This document shows, piece after piece, positions 10,565 to 20,000 of a stretch of DNA of 20,000 bases. This DNA comes from Vezdaea acicularis. Taxonomy: Eukaryota. Within the stretch, counting starts at the first letter, position 1, and every line of letters begins with the position of its first letter. Where the stretch lies: positions 116,276 through 136,275 of the forward strand of contig JAPEUI010000036.1 in assembly GCA_026025075.1 (NCBI GenBank), in the 5' to 3' direction. The notes under the pieces are model-generated. The model was not told where the DNA came from. It saw nothing but the letters and a program-made list of their open reading frames with translations, and did no database searches. The translations under genes were made by a program, and so were the position numbers.

Positions 10565-11159
10565 CACTAGATCAGGGTTGCCCGACTGTCGACGCTGCAC
10601 TATAGTCCCACGAACCGGTTAAGCAAGCCAGTTCCCTCATCCTGTCACGAGTACGAAAGGCTTGAGTTAGGTGCTGAGTACATTAAATGGAGCAAATTCT
10701 ATTAGGGTCAAGAGATAGCACAGTTACTCCCATACTAGGATTTCCAGAGGAGCGCTCGCCATCGGATACTAGCAACCAAATACAAGGTCCATCGCGCGAT
10801 TGCGCCTTATATAATTAAGTTCAATTTAACTAGTAGAAAATCTTAAAACTTCATAGTAGCTACATAACATTATTCTGATCGGTTTTGTCATCTTGATCAG
10901 AGGTGAAGTGCAATGTTGAGGATGGCTACGGGAAAGCGCTACCACAAGGTTCTGTCTTCGCTTAAACCTGCAGAATCGGGGTTACTGTTTTGGGGACAAG
11001 GCTAGCTTCACCGAGCTTCCTGTCGCGGCTTCACTTCTGCGGACAACTTTGAAACAGCATCGATAGAGCTCTGTTACAAGCTACTATTTCTTGGGACTTC
11101 ACGTCATTAAGACCATCCAGATCATTGTCTTGCTGCTTTCTGAATCCATCCTTGCCAAC

Positions 11160-12027
11160 ATGCCTGGAGTTCGTAAGTATATCGGAGCTGCTATTGGGCG
11201 CTAATCATGGAGCTGACGGTGCCTCCTTTCTAGCACCCGACGCAATCAATCAAGTCAAGCTAGGCCTGAAGAAATTATGGAGTCGTAGAGGAAAGAAGAA
11301 TAACCAGTCAGCTCCTGTTGAAGGATCATCAACAGCTGCTGCTGCGGCTCCTACAGCTACGGCTACATCCAGCGAGCCAACAAAGACAGCTGAGACCGCA
11401 CCAGCAGCGCCTCAGCCCGGTACCACCCGTAAGTCAACATCTTGTGATTCTGCGTGATTAGAAATGTTGAGCGTGCACATTTCATCTTGATAATCTTTGA
11501 TGCCATTCATCCAACTCTCTGGCTTATTCTTCCGCTTGTACTGACTTCACGCAGCTACACCAACGACTGCGGCCCAAACGACAGAGCCCCCTCCTCCCGC
11601 TCCAGCGTCAATAACCGAAACTACCGCTGCGAAGGCTGTCGAACCCACGCCAACTGCTACCAACGAAAGTCCTGCTACAGTTCCGGCCCCGGCCCCTGCT
11701 ACTACGACTACCTCTCCTCATGGGTTGTCCGCGACCTCAGGACCACTCGAAGACTATCCAGCTCACGGGGGAATGCCAGAAGAAGAAGAACATGCAAACG
11801 CGAAGGAACCGGCAGCACCTGCTGCAGCACCAGCTGAACCAACTCCAACAAAGACGGAAACAGCTCCCGCAGAGCCTACTCCAGTAACTACAGCCACGCC
11901 TGATGCTGGAGAGACCGCTCATACTGCACCTACACCTACGAGCGCAGGAGCTCCAAGCTCTACCGAAGTTAATGTCCCTTCAGCTTTGACTGAAGCAGTA
12001 GGGACGGCATCCTCGACTACCATATAG
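11160..12027 (+). CDS. Uncharacterised 226-aa Pro/Thr/Ala/Glu-rich low-complexity protein; exons 11160-11172, 11234-11428, 11555-12027
   Basis: ATG CCT GGA GTT C|GTAAGT...GCTGAC...TAG (intron 11173-11233) and GTAAGT...ACTGAC...CAG (intron 11429-11554) join three ORF pieces in frame: MPGVPPDAINQVKLGLKKLWSRRGKK...HGLSATSGPLEDYPAHGG...STTI*. Confidence 0.8.
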
Positions 12028-12128
12028 ATTCCCCATAACACCATGTTTCCTTTGGGCTCGCCGTTACTGGATGGCAACGCCCTAGTATGATCTTGATCGT
12101 AGTTTTTCTCGGAGGATTGGAAGAATGA

Positions 12129-12141
12129 GGGGGGGGGGGGG
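12129..12141. repeat. G13 homopolymer between convergent gene 3' ends
   Basis: 13 consecutive G on the + strand. Confidence 0.9.
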
Positions 12142-12374
12142 ATAAGATCTATGTGATTGCAACACTCGATTGATAAATTCGTGAACAGCTAGCGTTGTTG
12201 GAACGTGTGAAGACTGTCTCCACAGAGACAAAATTCTTATACCCTAACGAAGCTTCTTTTCTCGTCCCTTCATCTGTGAATGTGGATGCAGGTGTGCGTA
12301 GCGGATCCACATGCGTCTCCACCACAGGACCTTTGATTAGCGTGCCCTTCATGTAGGTTAGAAATTGATTTGTA

Positions 12375-13043
12375 CTATCTCTTCTTGCTGATGACCTTGG
12401 TGAATCCTTCCTCATCGACTTCTGGCTTAGGCTTCTCACGAGGAATATTAGTAGACGTGACCTCGCTCATATTCGTATCTCCTTCATCGTCTTCGTCCTC
12501 TTCGCAGTCATCGCTGTCCCAGTCCGTTTCGTCATCTTCGTCTGTCCTTTCCACCTTCTTAAAGGTTCCTGCTACGGGCTTCCCCTTTCTTGCAAGCCAA
12601 GCCTCATTGAGAGAATCAACTTGGCTGAAATCACCATCAAGTGTCTTCTTCCTTATGGAAACTATATTTTCAGCCACTTCGAATGCTGTGTCGTCTTCTA
12701 CGTTGACCTCAAACTCATCAAACATGACCTGCAGTAGCACAGTCTCGACATCTTCCAAATCCGTCTCTGGGCGAGTAGCGAATAAGTCGCAGATCGCTCC
12801 TGCAAACCACTCGCGCTTTGCTTCACTTTCGGAGCCACCCCACTGACTCTGCACAGCAAGAGTGAGAGCAGGCCAATTGAATAAGGCTAAAGTAACGCCA
12901 AGCTCGAACTTTGCTTGGATTTGAGCTACCCCAAAGTATCAGCTGAGGTATGTACGGACACAAATGACCGTACCACTCGTTGGGAACTGCAGTTTCGCCG
13001 TATTCCTAGCTTCGTTATTGTCCATTTTTGAAGTTCCTGACAT
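12375..13043 (-). CDS. TSR2: Pre-rRNA-processing protein Tsr2 (WGG domain), 206 aa; exons 13043-12974 and 12925-12375 (alternative ATG at 13025)
   Basis: FELGVTLALFNWPALTLAVQSQWGGSESEAKREWFAGAI...DVETVLLQVMFDEFEVNVEDDT, an acidic tail and terminal VDEEGFTKVISKKR. The 48-nt intron 12973-12926 (GTACGG...GCTGAT...TAG) contains an in-frame stop. Confidence 0.92.
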
Positions 13044-13305
13044 CGTTGACGTAATCTAATATAAATGTTTAGGTTATGCACGAGTTTTTAGTGCTTGTTT
13101 TTAGCTGTCGATCCGAGCTCTCGGCAAATCCCCCTTGAGCTCATGCTTAGCCGCTGACGTATGCGCACCACGGCTCCGGCTCATGTGTGGCTATAGCTTG
13201 CGGTGCACGGAGCTTACTTTCGAGCTGCTGGCGATGAGTATGAAACTCTTATTGCTATGAGAATGTCTCAAAATACAGAGCAAAATGAATACCTGACCGT
13301 TCAAT

Positions 13306-16166
13306 ATGCCTTTCAACACTATTACCGTAGGCAGCGCGGTGACCCCTACCGTCATCGAAACATGGCTTTCTCATGTGAGTTGAGCTGGACAAGGCGATGA
13401 AGCTAGACATCATACTTACGAGAAGTGTCAGTACCTAAACCGAAAGCCCTTGCGACAGAAGCCTACAGCCCATGTATCGTACCATGAGGGGCTGGAGCTG
13501 ATTCGGCAGTTCCTTCTTTACGCGTCACATCATACGGTAGAAGAGATACAAGCTTTCACGTCTCAATGGGTTCCGAGCCCTAGATGGGTCAAGGTTCAGG
13601 AAGCGAAGGTTCCTGAAGAAACACTCTCGAAGGCCGCAGAGATACTCCGGCATCAGCTTGGTCACCATGGTATATTGAGAGTCGGAGGCAAAACCTGGTG
13701 GCAGTGGCGACGCCATGGGACCGAGCTGGAGGCTGAATGGATCGAGATGAGGAGTGACTATCAAGAGCGCAAAAAGACTGGCGACAAAGGAAACAAGATC
13801 ATGCTATACGTTCATGGCGGCGCATACTTCTTCGGGAGCGTAGACGAGCATAGGTACCAGATGCAAAGGCATGCGAGAAAACTGAAAGCCAGAGTGTTTG
13901 CCCGGTAAGCATCAAACAGTCCTCAATTGCGATTACCCATCTGACAGTCACAGTGAGTTTTCTTGAATATACCCATAATCTCATGCTCACGAAGATAGCC
14001 CGATATCGTTTAGCCCCCCAATTTCCATTTCCGTGTGGCTTGCACGATTGTCTCGCAGCATATCTATACCTCCTTAAGGAGTACGATCCTTCCAACATAA
14101 TTCTTGCAGGTGACTCGGCAGGAGCCGGCATGGTAGTCAGGTAATTTGAGAACCGGGTCTAGCTTGATGGTAGAGACTAATGTCTAGCACAGCATTCTTG
14201 TCACTTTGCGTGATCAAGGTATTCCTCTGCCGGCCGGAGCTATCCTGATCTCTCCGTGGGTCGACCTCACACACTCATTTCCCAGCGTTGCGGGCGACAA
14301 CAGCTTGGATTATATACCCAATTGTGGCTTTCTGCATCGACCTTCTCCTGCATGGCCTCCCCCAAACACAGACGACATGATAGAGATTGCTATGACGGCA
14401 GTGGGGCAAGTTGCGCAAAAGCTTGGGGACTCAAACGACCAAGATGCAGTACAAGGGTTTTCTGTCACCGAAAATCCAGACATACCGCGTTCAGAACAGC
14501 ATGGAGGATCCGCTGCCGCTGGCACGGATAACCCTACTGGGGTCGGCGGCAATACCGCTCCCGGACCAGGCCATGAATTGTCCATCATGCTTGACGGTAA
14601 TTTAGTGGAGATCAAAGACCAAATACAGATGTATGCAAACAACCAATTGATATCTCATCCGCTAGTTTCCCCCGTTCTTCAGCCATCCCTTGGAGGTCTG
14701 CCACCATTGTTGATTATGACTGGAGGCGGAGAAGTGCTGCGGGATGAGCAGATCTACCTTGCTCATAAAGCGGCCAACCCGTCAAAATACCCTCCGGGCG
14801 ATGCGTATCTTGACAACGACCACGGCAAAGATGATGTATCAAAATGGAAAGGCACGGATGTACAGCTCCAAGTATGGGACGACTGCTGCCATGTCGCGCC
14901 AACACTAAGCTTTACTCGCCCGGCCAAATATATGTATCGCTCAGTTGCGCAATTTGGCGCTTGGGCTCTAGCCAGGGCCCAAAAGACGGAGATCGAGATC
15001 ATGGATGACGATGACGTTTCCGTCATCTCCGAAGATTCGGAAGACGGAACCGGTGAGAGAACCGCAGATGGTGATATAAAAAGAACGCAGCAAGTTGGAG
15101 AACTTGCGGGCACCCAGCAGGTTGGCAAAGCTGGAGACGCCTTGCCCCCTTTTAGGAATCATATGATCCGAGAGCGCGTTGACCGTCATGGTAACATATT
15201 TCCTCTGGCGCCTGCCTCGGTACTTCCGGCGCTTCAGCTACGCCCGAGCGAGATTGGCGTGATCAAAGCTGGCCCTACCCAGAAATGGATGGCAGCAAAG
15301 AAAAAATGGGATACGAAGTACGCCCGGGAAAAGCGAAGGGTTCAGAAGCAACGAGCAAAGGAAATGGCAGCTGGATTCGAAGGGTTCGGAGACGATGAAG
15401 TCCCGCCACCAAGCGCCTTGGCTGGCCGTCGAAGGGCAGATATGCCGAAAGAAGCCAAGAAGGGAAGGAGTTGGGGAATGAGTCTCTGGAGTGTGTGGGG
15501 AAGTAGCCATGATGAAAAGACGGTACGTCGTGGGCCATTTGTCCTTACATTTGGGCTCAATAAAGCACAATCGAACACATCACTGACTCGCACCCCCCTC
15601 AGCTCGAACGCGAAGGAAAAGCCGGCAAAGTCCTAGAAAGCACAGCCGTGAAAGCTGAGTTGGGCAGTGCAGAGGCTCGCTCTGATTCCCAAAACCGCCC
15701 TTCACGCTCCCGCCGAAGGACCGTCACCGACGCAGGCCAAACCTCTGCTGCAGGAAATGGCGCATTCGAAGAAGCCGACGAAACCGCATCAGCAGCAGAC
15801 ATCCTAAGCAAAAAGGACGAAGACCCGAATCGACTGGGCCCACCAGCTACCGCAACTTCTTTCGCGCGAAGCGAATCTACGCCCGGTGAGTTGAAGCCCT
15901 CGCATCTACGCCCAAACGTCGGACCGGTGGCATACCCCTTCAAGCTCGCGCCAAAAGACGGCCAGGAAGTCAATGCAAGTACCATGACGCTGGAATCTGC
16001 TCGTGGCGTATTAGCACCTGCGCACGAGGGAGGGAATGGTAGTGCGGAAGTGGCTGATGCCGAGCACGAGAAGGTTGCGGGTGGGGACGGCGAGGGTGTT
16101 GGCGCTGTACGGCCTGAGCCACATACTTTCGTTACGGCGAGTGAGGGGTTCGGGGATCTGAGATAG
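13306..16166 (+). CDS. HSL-family (abhydrolase_3) lipase/esterase, LipS-like, 858 aa; exons 13306-13374, 13432-13903, 13999-14140, 14193-15522, 15603-16166
   Basis: Oxyanion motif [23 protein letters not shown], nucleophile [33 protein letters not shown]. Introns 13375-13431, 13904-13998 (nested), 14141-14192 and 15523-15602. Spliced length 2577 nt is divisible by 3. Confidence 0.92.
13904..13998 (+). other. [D1,2] spliceosomal twin intron (stwintron): internal intron 13905-13953 interrupts the donor of the external intron (G13904 + 13954-13998)
   Basis: G|GTAAGC...CTGAC-AGTCA-CAG|TGAGT...GCTCAC-GAAGA-TAG. Excising the 49-nt internal intron rebuilds donor GTGAGT of a 46-nt external intron. 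Only this route yields the conserved [13 protein letters not shown]. Confidence 0.88.
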
Positions 16167-16748
16167 GGGTGCTGTGTATAGTGTGCTATGTTGAGATGTA
16201 AATTTACTTTCACGCGCCCTGGGTGCTTCACATCTGTAGTCTCCAAAGCTACCACCCCAAAGAGTTGGGTTCACCAGAGAATAAACCCGTGGTCCAAATT
16301 TGTTGAGGCATGTTACCTTGGGGGGGTGGACTGACATGAGATGCAGTGAATGGTCGGCTGACTACTGATATGTTGACGGTTGGGCGCATATGCATATGCG
16401 ACGAGATCCTGTGAGCTGCATGTGAAGCTGAAGCACGGCGAACAGCTCACGAGGTCACAACCATGAGTCCAGGTGCCAGCTTGCGAGGTCACGTCCATCA
16501 CATGCCCTTTACTGGGGAGCGTCCCTCAAATATCAATAGTTTCTTTTGCTATTTTTGGACTACAATAGATCTCCCCCTTTTTTTTCTGCCATATTAAGAC
16601 AAGAATCTAACGAAAACGCCAAATAAACTTTTTGTTGGACAAGCCGAGCAACCCCAGCGCGCGCCCTTTTCACCCAGCAACAGAGGTCGCATGATAAAGT
16701 CTAAGGGACCTTCTCAGGGAGATCTGACCATCCGGCTAAATATACCAT

Positions 16749-19110
16749 CTAAACTTGGCAGGTGTTATCGTAGAAGAGATAAGGACTATTATGTGTAGGC
16801 ACGAGGAGGTCATTCGCAATAACCTCAGCGTAGCCTGTGCAGGACTCGATGCTGGATCCATACGCGAACGCCTTGCATCCGGACTTCGCAACGCAGAGAG
16901 CCTTGCAAGCTTTGAGCGTTTTGACTCCAGTCCCGATAGTGCCTAGATAGTGGTCTTTCCCCTCTAAACCGTTAGAATATGCCGGTCCTGCTCCACAGGT
17001 TCCATGCGAAGGTATGGTGGTGGCCGTTGTGGTATGGACGGTGGTGGAAGAAGTTTTGGTGGCGGTGGCGGATGTGATCAGGCATGCGCAGGCGCTGCTA
17101 AGGCTGCTGGGGCCATAGCTCAAAACGCTCGAGAAGATCTCGTTGGTAGTAGGTAAGTAGCGCCTTATCTTGGGGATGGCCTTGGCCTTGGTAATGCTAG
17201 GAGTGAAGTCAGATTGGAAAGCATGGGAAGCGAATTGGGAGAGACGTACACAGTAGGCTCGGGGCCGTTATGTGTAGTCTTGGTGTATGAGCTGCAGAAT
17301 GAGCTTGCAGAGGTGCTATAGCGTTTATCAAGGAAAGAACGGAGAAGGTCGTCGTGATGGCATATGGTCGACGGGCCTGATTGGTCATTAGATGAGTCGA
17401 TAGTTTATTGCGAAGCTACTGACTTCTTGCTTCAATGGTTGCTTCAACAGTTGCTTCAACGGTTGCTTGAACAGTTACTAGCGATAGAACGCTTGTTACC
17501 AGGCTCTGAATTGGGTGAGGGCGTGAGCTCGTCGAGCTAGTCGAGGTTGTTAAACGGGTTGAGGTTGTCGAACGGGTGGAAGTTGACGAACGGGTCGAGG
17601 TCGACGAACGGCTAGAGGTCGTGGAGCGAGTCGAGGTCGTCGAACGGGTGGAAGTCGACGAACGAGTCGAGGTCGTGGAGTGAGTTGAAGAAGTCGTGGG
17701 ACGAGTGGAAGTCGTCGAACGGGTCGAAGTCGACGAACGGGTCGAGGTCGTGGAGTGAGTTGAAGAAGTCGTGGGACGAGTAGAGGTAGAAGTCGTCGAA
17801 CGGGTCGAGGTCGTCGGACGGGTGGAAGTCGACGAACGGGATGAGGTCGTCAAATGGCTTGAGGTCGTCGGACGGGTGGAAGTCGTGGAGTGAGTTGAAG
17901 TCGTGGGACGAGTGGAAGTTGACGAACGGGTCGAGGTCGTGGAGTGAGTTGAAGTCGTGGGACGAGTCGAGGTCGTCGAACGACTAGAAGTCGTCGAACG
18001 GGTGGAAGTCGACGAACGGGTCGAGGTAGTTGAGCGAGTAGAGCTCGTCGAATGGCTGGAGGTCGTCGGACGGGTCGAAGTCGTCGAACGAGTGGAGCTT
18101 GTCGAACGGGTCGAGGTCGTGGAGTGAGTCGAGGCGGTCGAACGAGTCGAAGTCGACGAATGGCTCGAGGTTGTCGGACGGGTCGAGGTGGTCGAACGAG
18201 TCGAAGTCGACGAATGGCTCGAGGTTGTCGGACGGGTCGAGGTGGTCGAACGAGTCGAAGTCGACGAATGGCTCGAGGTTGTCGGACGGGTCGAGGTGGT
18301 CGAACGGGTTGAAGTCGTCAGATGGCTTGAGGTCGTTGAGCGAGTGGAGCTCGTTGAATGGCTGGAGCTCGTCGGACGGGTCGAGGTGGTCGAACGAGTC
18401 GAAGTCGACGAATGGCTCGAGGTTGTCGGACGGGTTGAGGTGGTCGAACGGGTCGAAGTCGACGAATGGCTCGAGGTGGTCGGACGGGTCGAGGTGGTGG
18501 AATGACTTGAGCTTGTCGAGCGAGTCGAGGTCGTCGGACGGTTTGAGGACGTCGAGTGAGTGGAGCTCGTCGAATGGCTAGAGCTCGTCGGACGGGTCGA
18601 GGTCGTTGAACGGCTAGAGCTCGTCGAATGGCTCGAAGTTGACGAACGGCTCGAGGTTGTTGGACGGGTCGAGGTCGTGGAGTGAGTCGAGCTTGTCGAA
18701 TGCCTCGAGGTAGTAGAGTGAGTCGAGCTCGTCGGACGGGTTGAGCTCGTCAAACGGGTGGAACTCGTCGAATGGCTGGAGCTCGTTGGACGGGTCGAGG
18801 TCGTCGAATGTTTCGAGGTCGTCGAGTGAGTGGAGCTTGTCGAGCGAGTCGAGGTCGTCCGATGGGTGGATGTCGACGAATGGGTGGAGCTCGTCGAGCG
18901 GCGGGAGGTCGTTGAATGGCCCTTTGAGCTGCTCAGGTGGTCGCAGGGTACTATTTGCGATCCACTGTAGCAGCGGACGTCAAATTCAACAGGGAGTCCG
19001 CTAGTATGAGCGGGGGCTTCGCTAGAATGGACAGAGGCTGATTTGCAGTGGGGTTCACAAGCAAGGGCTCCGCTTGAAAGAGCAAAGAGCACGATAGTAG
19101 TCAACAGCAT
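16749..19110 (-). CDS. Secreted mucin/adhesin-like protein, 753 aa: signal peptide, Ser/Thr-Arg/His hexapeptide-repeat stalk, Cys module, C-terminal PAN/Apple-like domain; exons 19110-17424, 17376-17250, 17196-16749
   Basis: ATG at 19110, MLLTTIVLFALSSGALA-C signal peptide. Introns 17423-17377 (GTCAGT...CTAAT...CAG) and 17249-17197 (GTACGT...CTGAC...TAG) join the 580-aa and 124-aa ORFs via ICHHDDLLRSFLDKRYSTSASSFCSSY...SSLSSACACL. The C-terminus CKALCVAKSGCKAFAY...C...FYDNTC is PAN-like. Spliced length 2262 nt is divisible by 3. Confidence 0.85.
17530..18920 (-). repeat. Coding minisatellite: 18-bp unit (hexapeptides STTSTR/PTTSSH/SSTSTR) with a higher-order 54-bp unit
   Basis: About 1.4 kb of GTCGA-rich tandem units. 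Three identical 54-bp copies at 18136-18189, 18190-18243 and 18244-18297, plus a near-identical copy at 18388-18441. Confidence 0.95.
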
Positions 19111-20000
19111 GTTGCTTGAGGTCGAAACGCGATCAAAGAACGACGTACGTGAGTGCAATGAGAATAAACAGGTTCGTGTCGCCGCACGGTGATGCTCAAG
19201 ATCGGAGAGAGAAAAGACCCGTAGGAAAGGAAAAAGCTGGAATCTTTATAGAAAGACACCTTCTCATGAGGTAGGCTAACAATCTCAACAACATGTTGAG
19301 ATGGGAAAGAGTCGCAAGCTAACCCATGGTCGAGCTAGCTTCAGTAGCCACGATATATTTGTATTCAGGGCCGTGATAACGATGCATATCACGAGGGACA
19401 TCTCATGATGTGCAAAATCCGAGGAATCCCCACGCTAGGTCCGTGAGAAGTTGTATGAAGAACATAGAATCGTATTCTCTGCCGCAACAGATACGCTATC
19501 ATTCCTCTAATGGGTCACCTGTAAATTGATGACGGATCTGCTCCTTCGGCATGCTCGCTATCAAGAGCATCAGTGGAAGTCGTCATAAGATAGAATGCAC
19601 ATGCGTTAGGATATTTAAAGGCATCCATTGTCTCGACCACGGGTAGTTGCCGAGCCATTGGTTCAGCGTAATTCAGTCGTGCTTCGCAGAAAATGGTGAG
19701 GCTCTAATCTTTTTCCGTGTTGAGTATTGCCGCAAGCTAGAGGATGGCCCTGAGGTTTGGGGCAGAGTCGTGTGCGTCATCGCCGCCAAATTCATGAGGC
19801 TACTATTCCTCTCCGTGTCTTGACCATGTTGTTCGAAAGCCAAGGTCATGTGACGTGCTACCAAGCACATTTCCACCCTTAGCATGCGGTTTTTGGTAAG
19901 CGAGCACCTTCAACCGAAGCCGGACGGTGGCCCTTCCACCACCTATCCGAAAAGCCACGGAGCCATCTGCCACCGTCGGCTAGAGAGCAGCAAGCGCTTC

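Noticed and set aside
12129..12141. G13 run as a functional G-quadruplex
   Set aside because: An isolated homopolymer, too short for a three-tier intramolecular quadruplex with loops, and its length may be error-prone.
12241..12248. ACCCTAAC (and TTAGGGTCAA near 10702) as a telomerase RNA template or telomeric seed
   Set aside because: Single short matches expected by chance. The intergenic gaps are much shorter than known filamentous-fungal telomerase RNAs.
13903..14000. Lipase as a frameshifted pseudogene or a sequencing error at intron 2
   Set aside because: The apparent +1 frameshift is fully explained by nested splicing with two complete sets of consensus signals, and the catalytic motifs are intact.
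17530..18920. Possible CRISPR-like array
   Set aside because: Contiguous tandem units with no unique spacers, in frame within a eukaryotic CDS.
18052..19004. Plus-strand ORFs in the repeat (e.g. VERVEVDEWLEVVGRVEV repeats)
   Set aside because: Antisense shadows of the Ser/Thr minisatellite. They are interrupted by TGA and lack gene structure, whereas the minus frame has a signal peptide and spliced downstream domains.
19111..19158. ORF-track start of the 580-aa ORF at 19158
   Set aside because: It is a TTG. The ATG at 19110 directly begins a signal peptide.
19673..19885. 70-aa minus-strand ORF
   Set aside because: No motif, composition or splice evidence. Treated as intergenic.

Overview
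Gene-dense, intron-rich eukaryotic DNA from a filamentous ascomycete (Pezizomycotina-like: short GT-AG introns with CTRAY-type branch sites). By splicing the ORF fragments by hand I reconstruct nine protein genes and one tRNA gene. In order: the 3' part of EMP65/TAPT1; an intron-containing tRNA-Pro(UGG); the splicing factor YJU2B/CCDC130 with two micro-exons; a 1022-aa basic-head/coiled-coil protein; a small protein with a degenerate TRF/Tbf1-like Myb domain; the PP2A activator RRD1; a P/T/A-rich unknown protein; TSR2; an HSL-family lipase/esterase; and a secreted protein with a long cationic Ser/Thr hexapeptide-repeat stalk and a C-terminal PAN/Apple-like domain. The strongest finding is a nested [D1,2] spliceosomal twin intron (stwintron) at 13904-13998 in the lipase gene, where only two sequential splicing steps restore the reading frame. 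Also notable are a three-helix hairpin around the last 3' splice site of the coiled-coil gene and the architecture of the repeat protein. No transposons or CRISPR arrays were seen. All gene models and family calls are by eye and from memory, with no database search.
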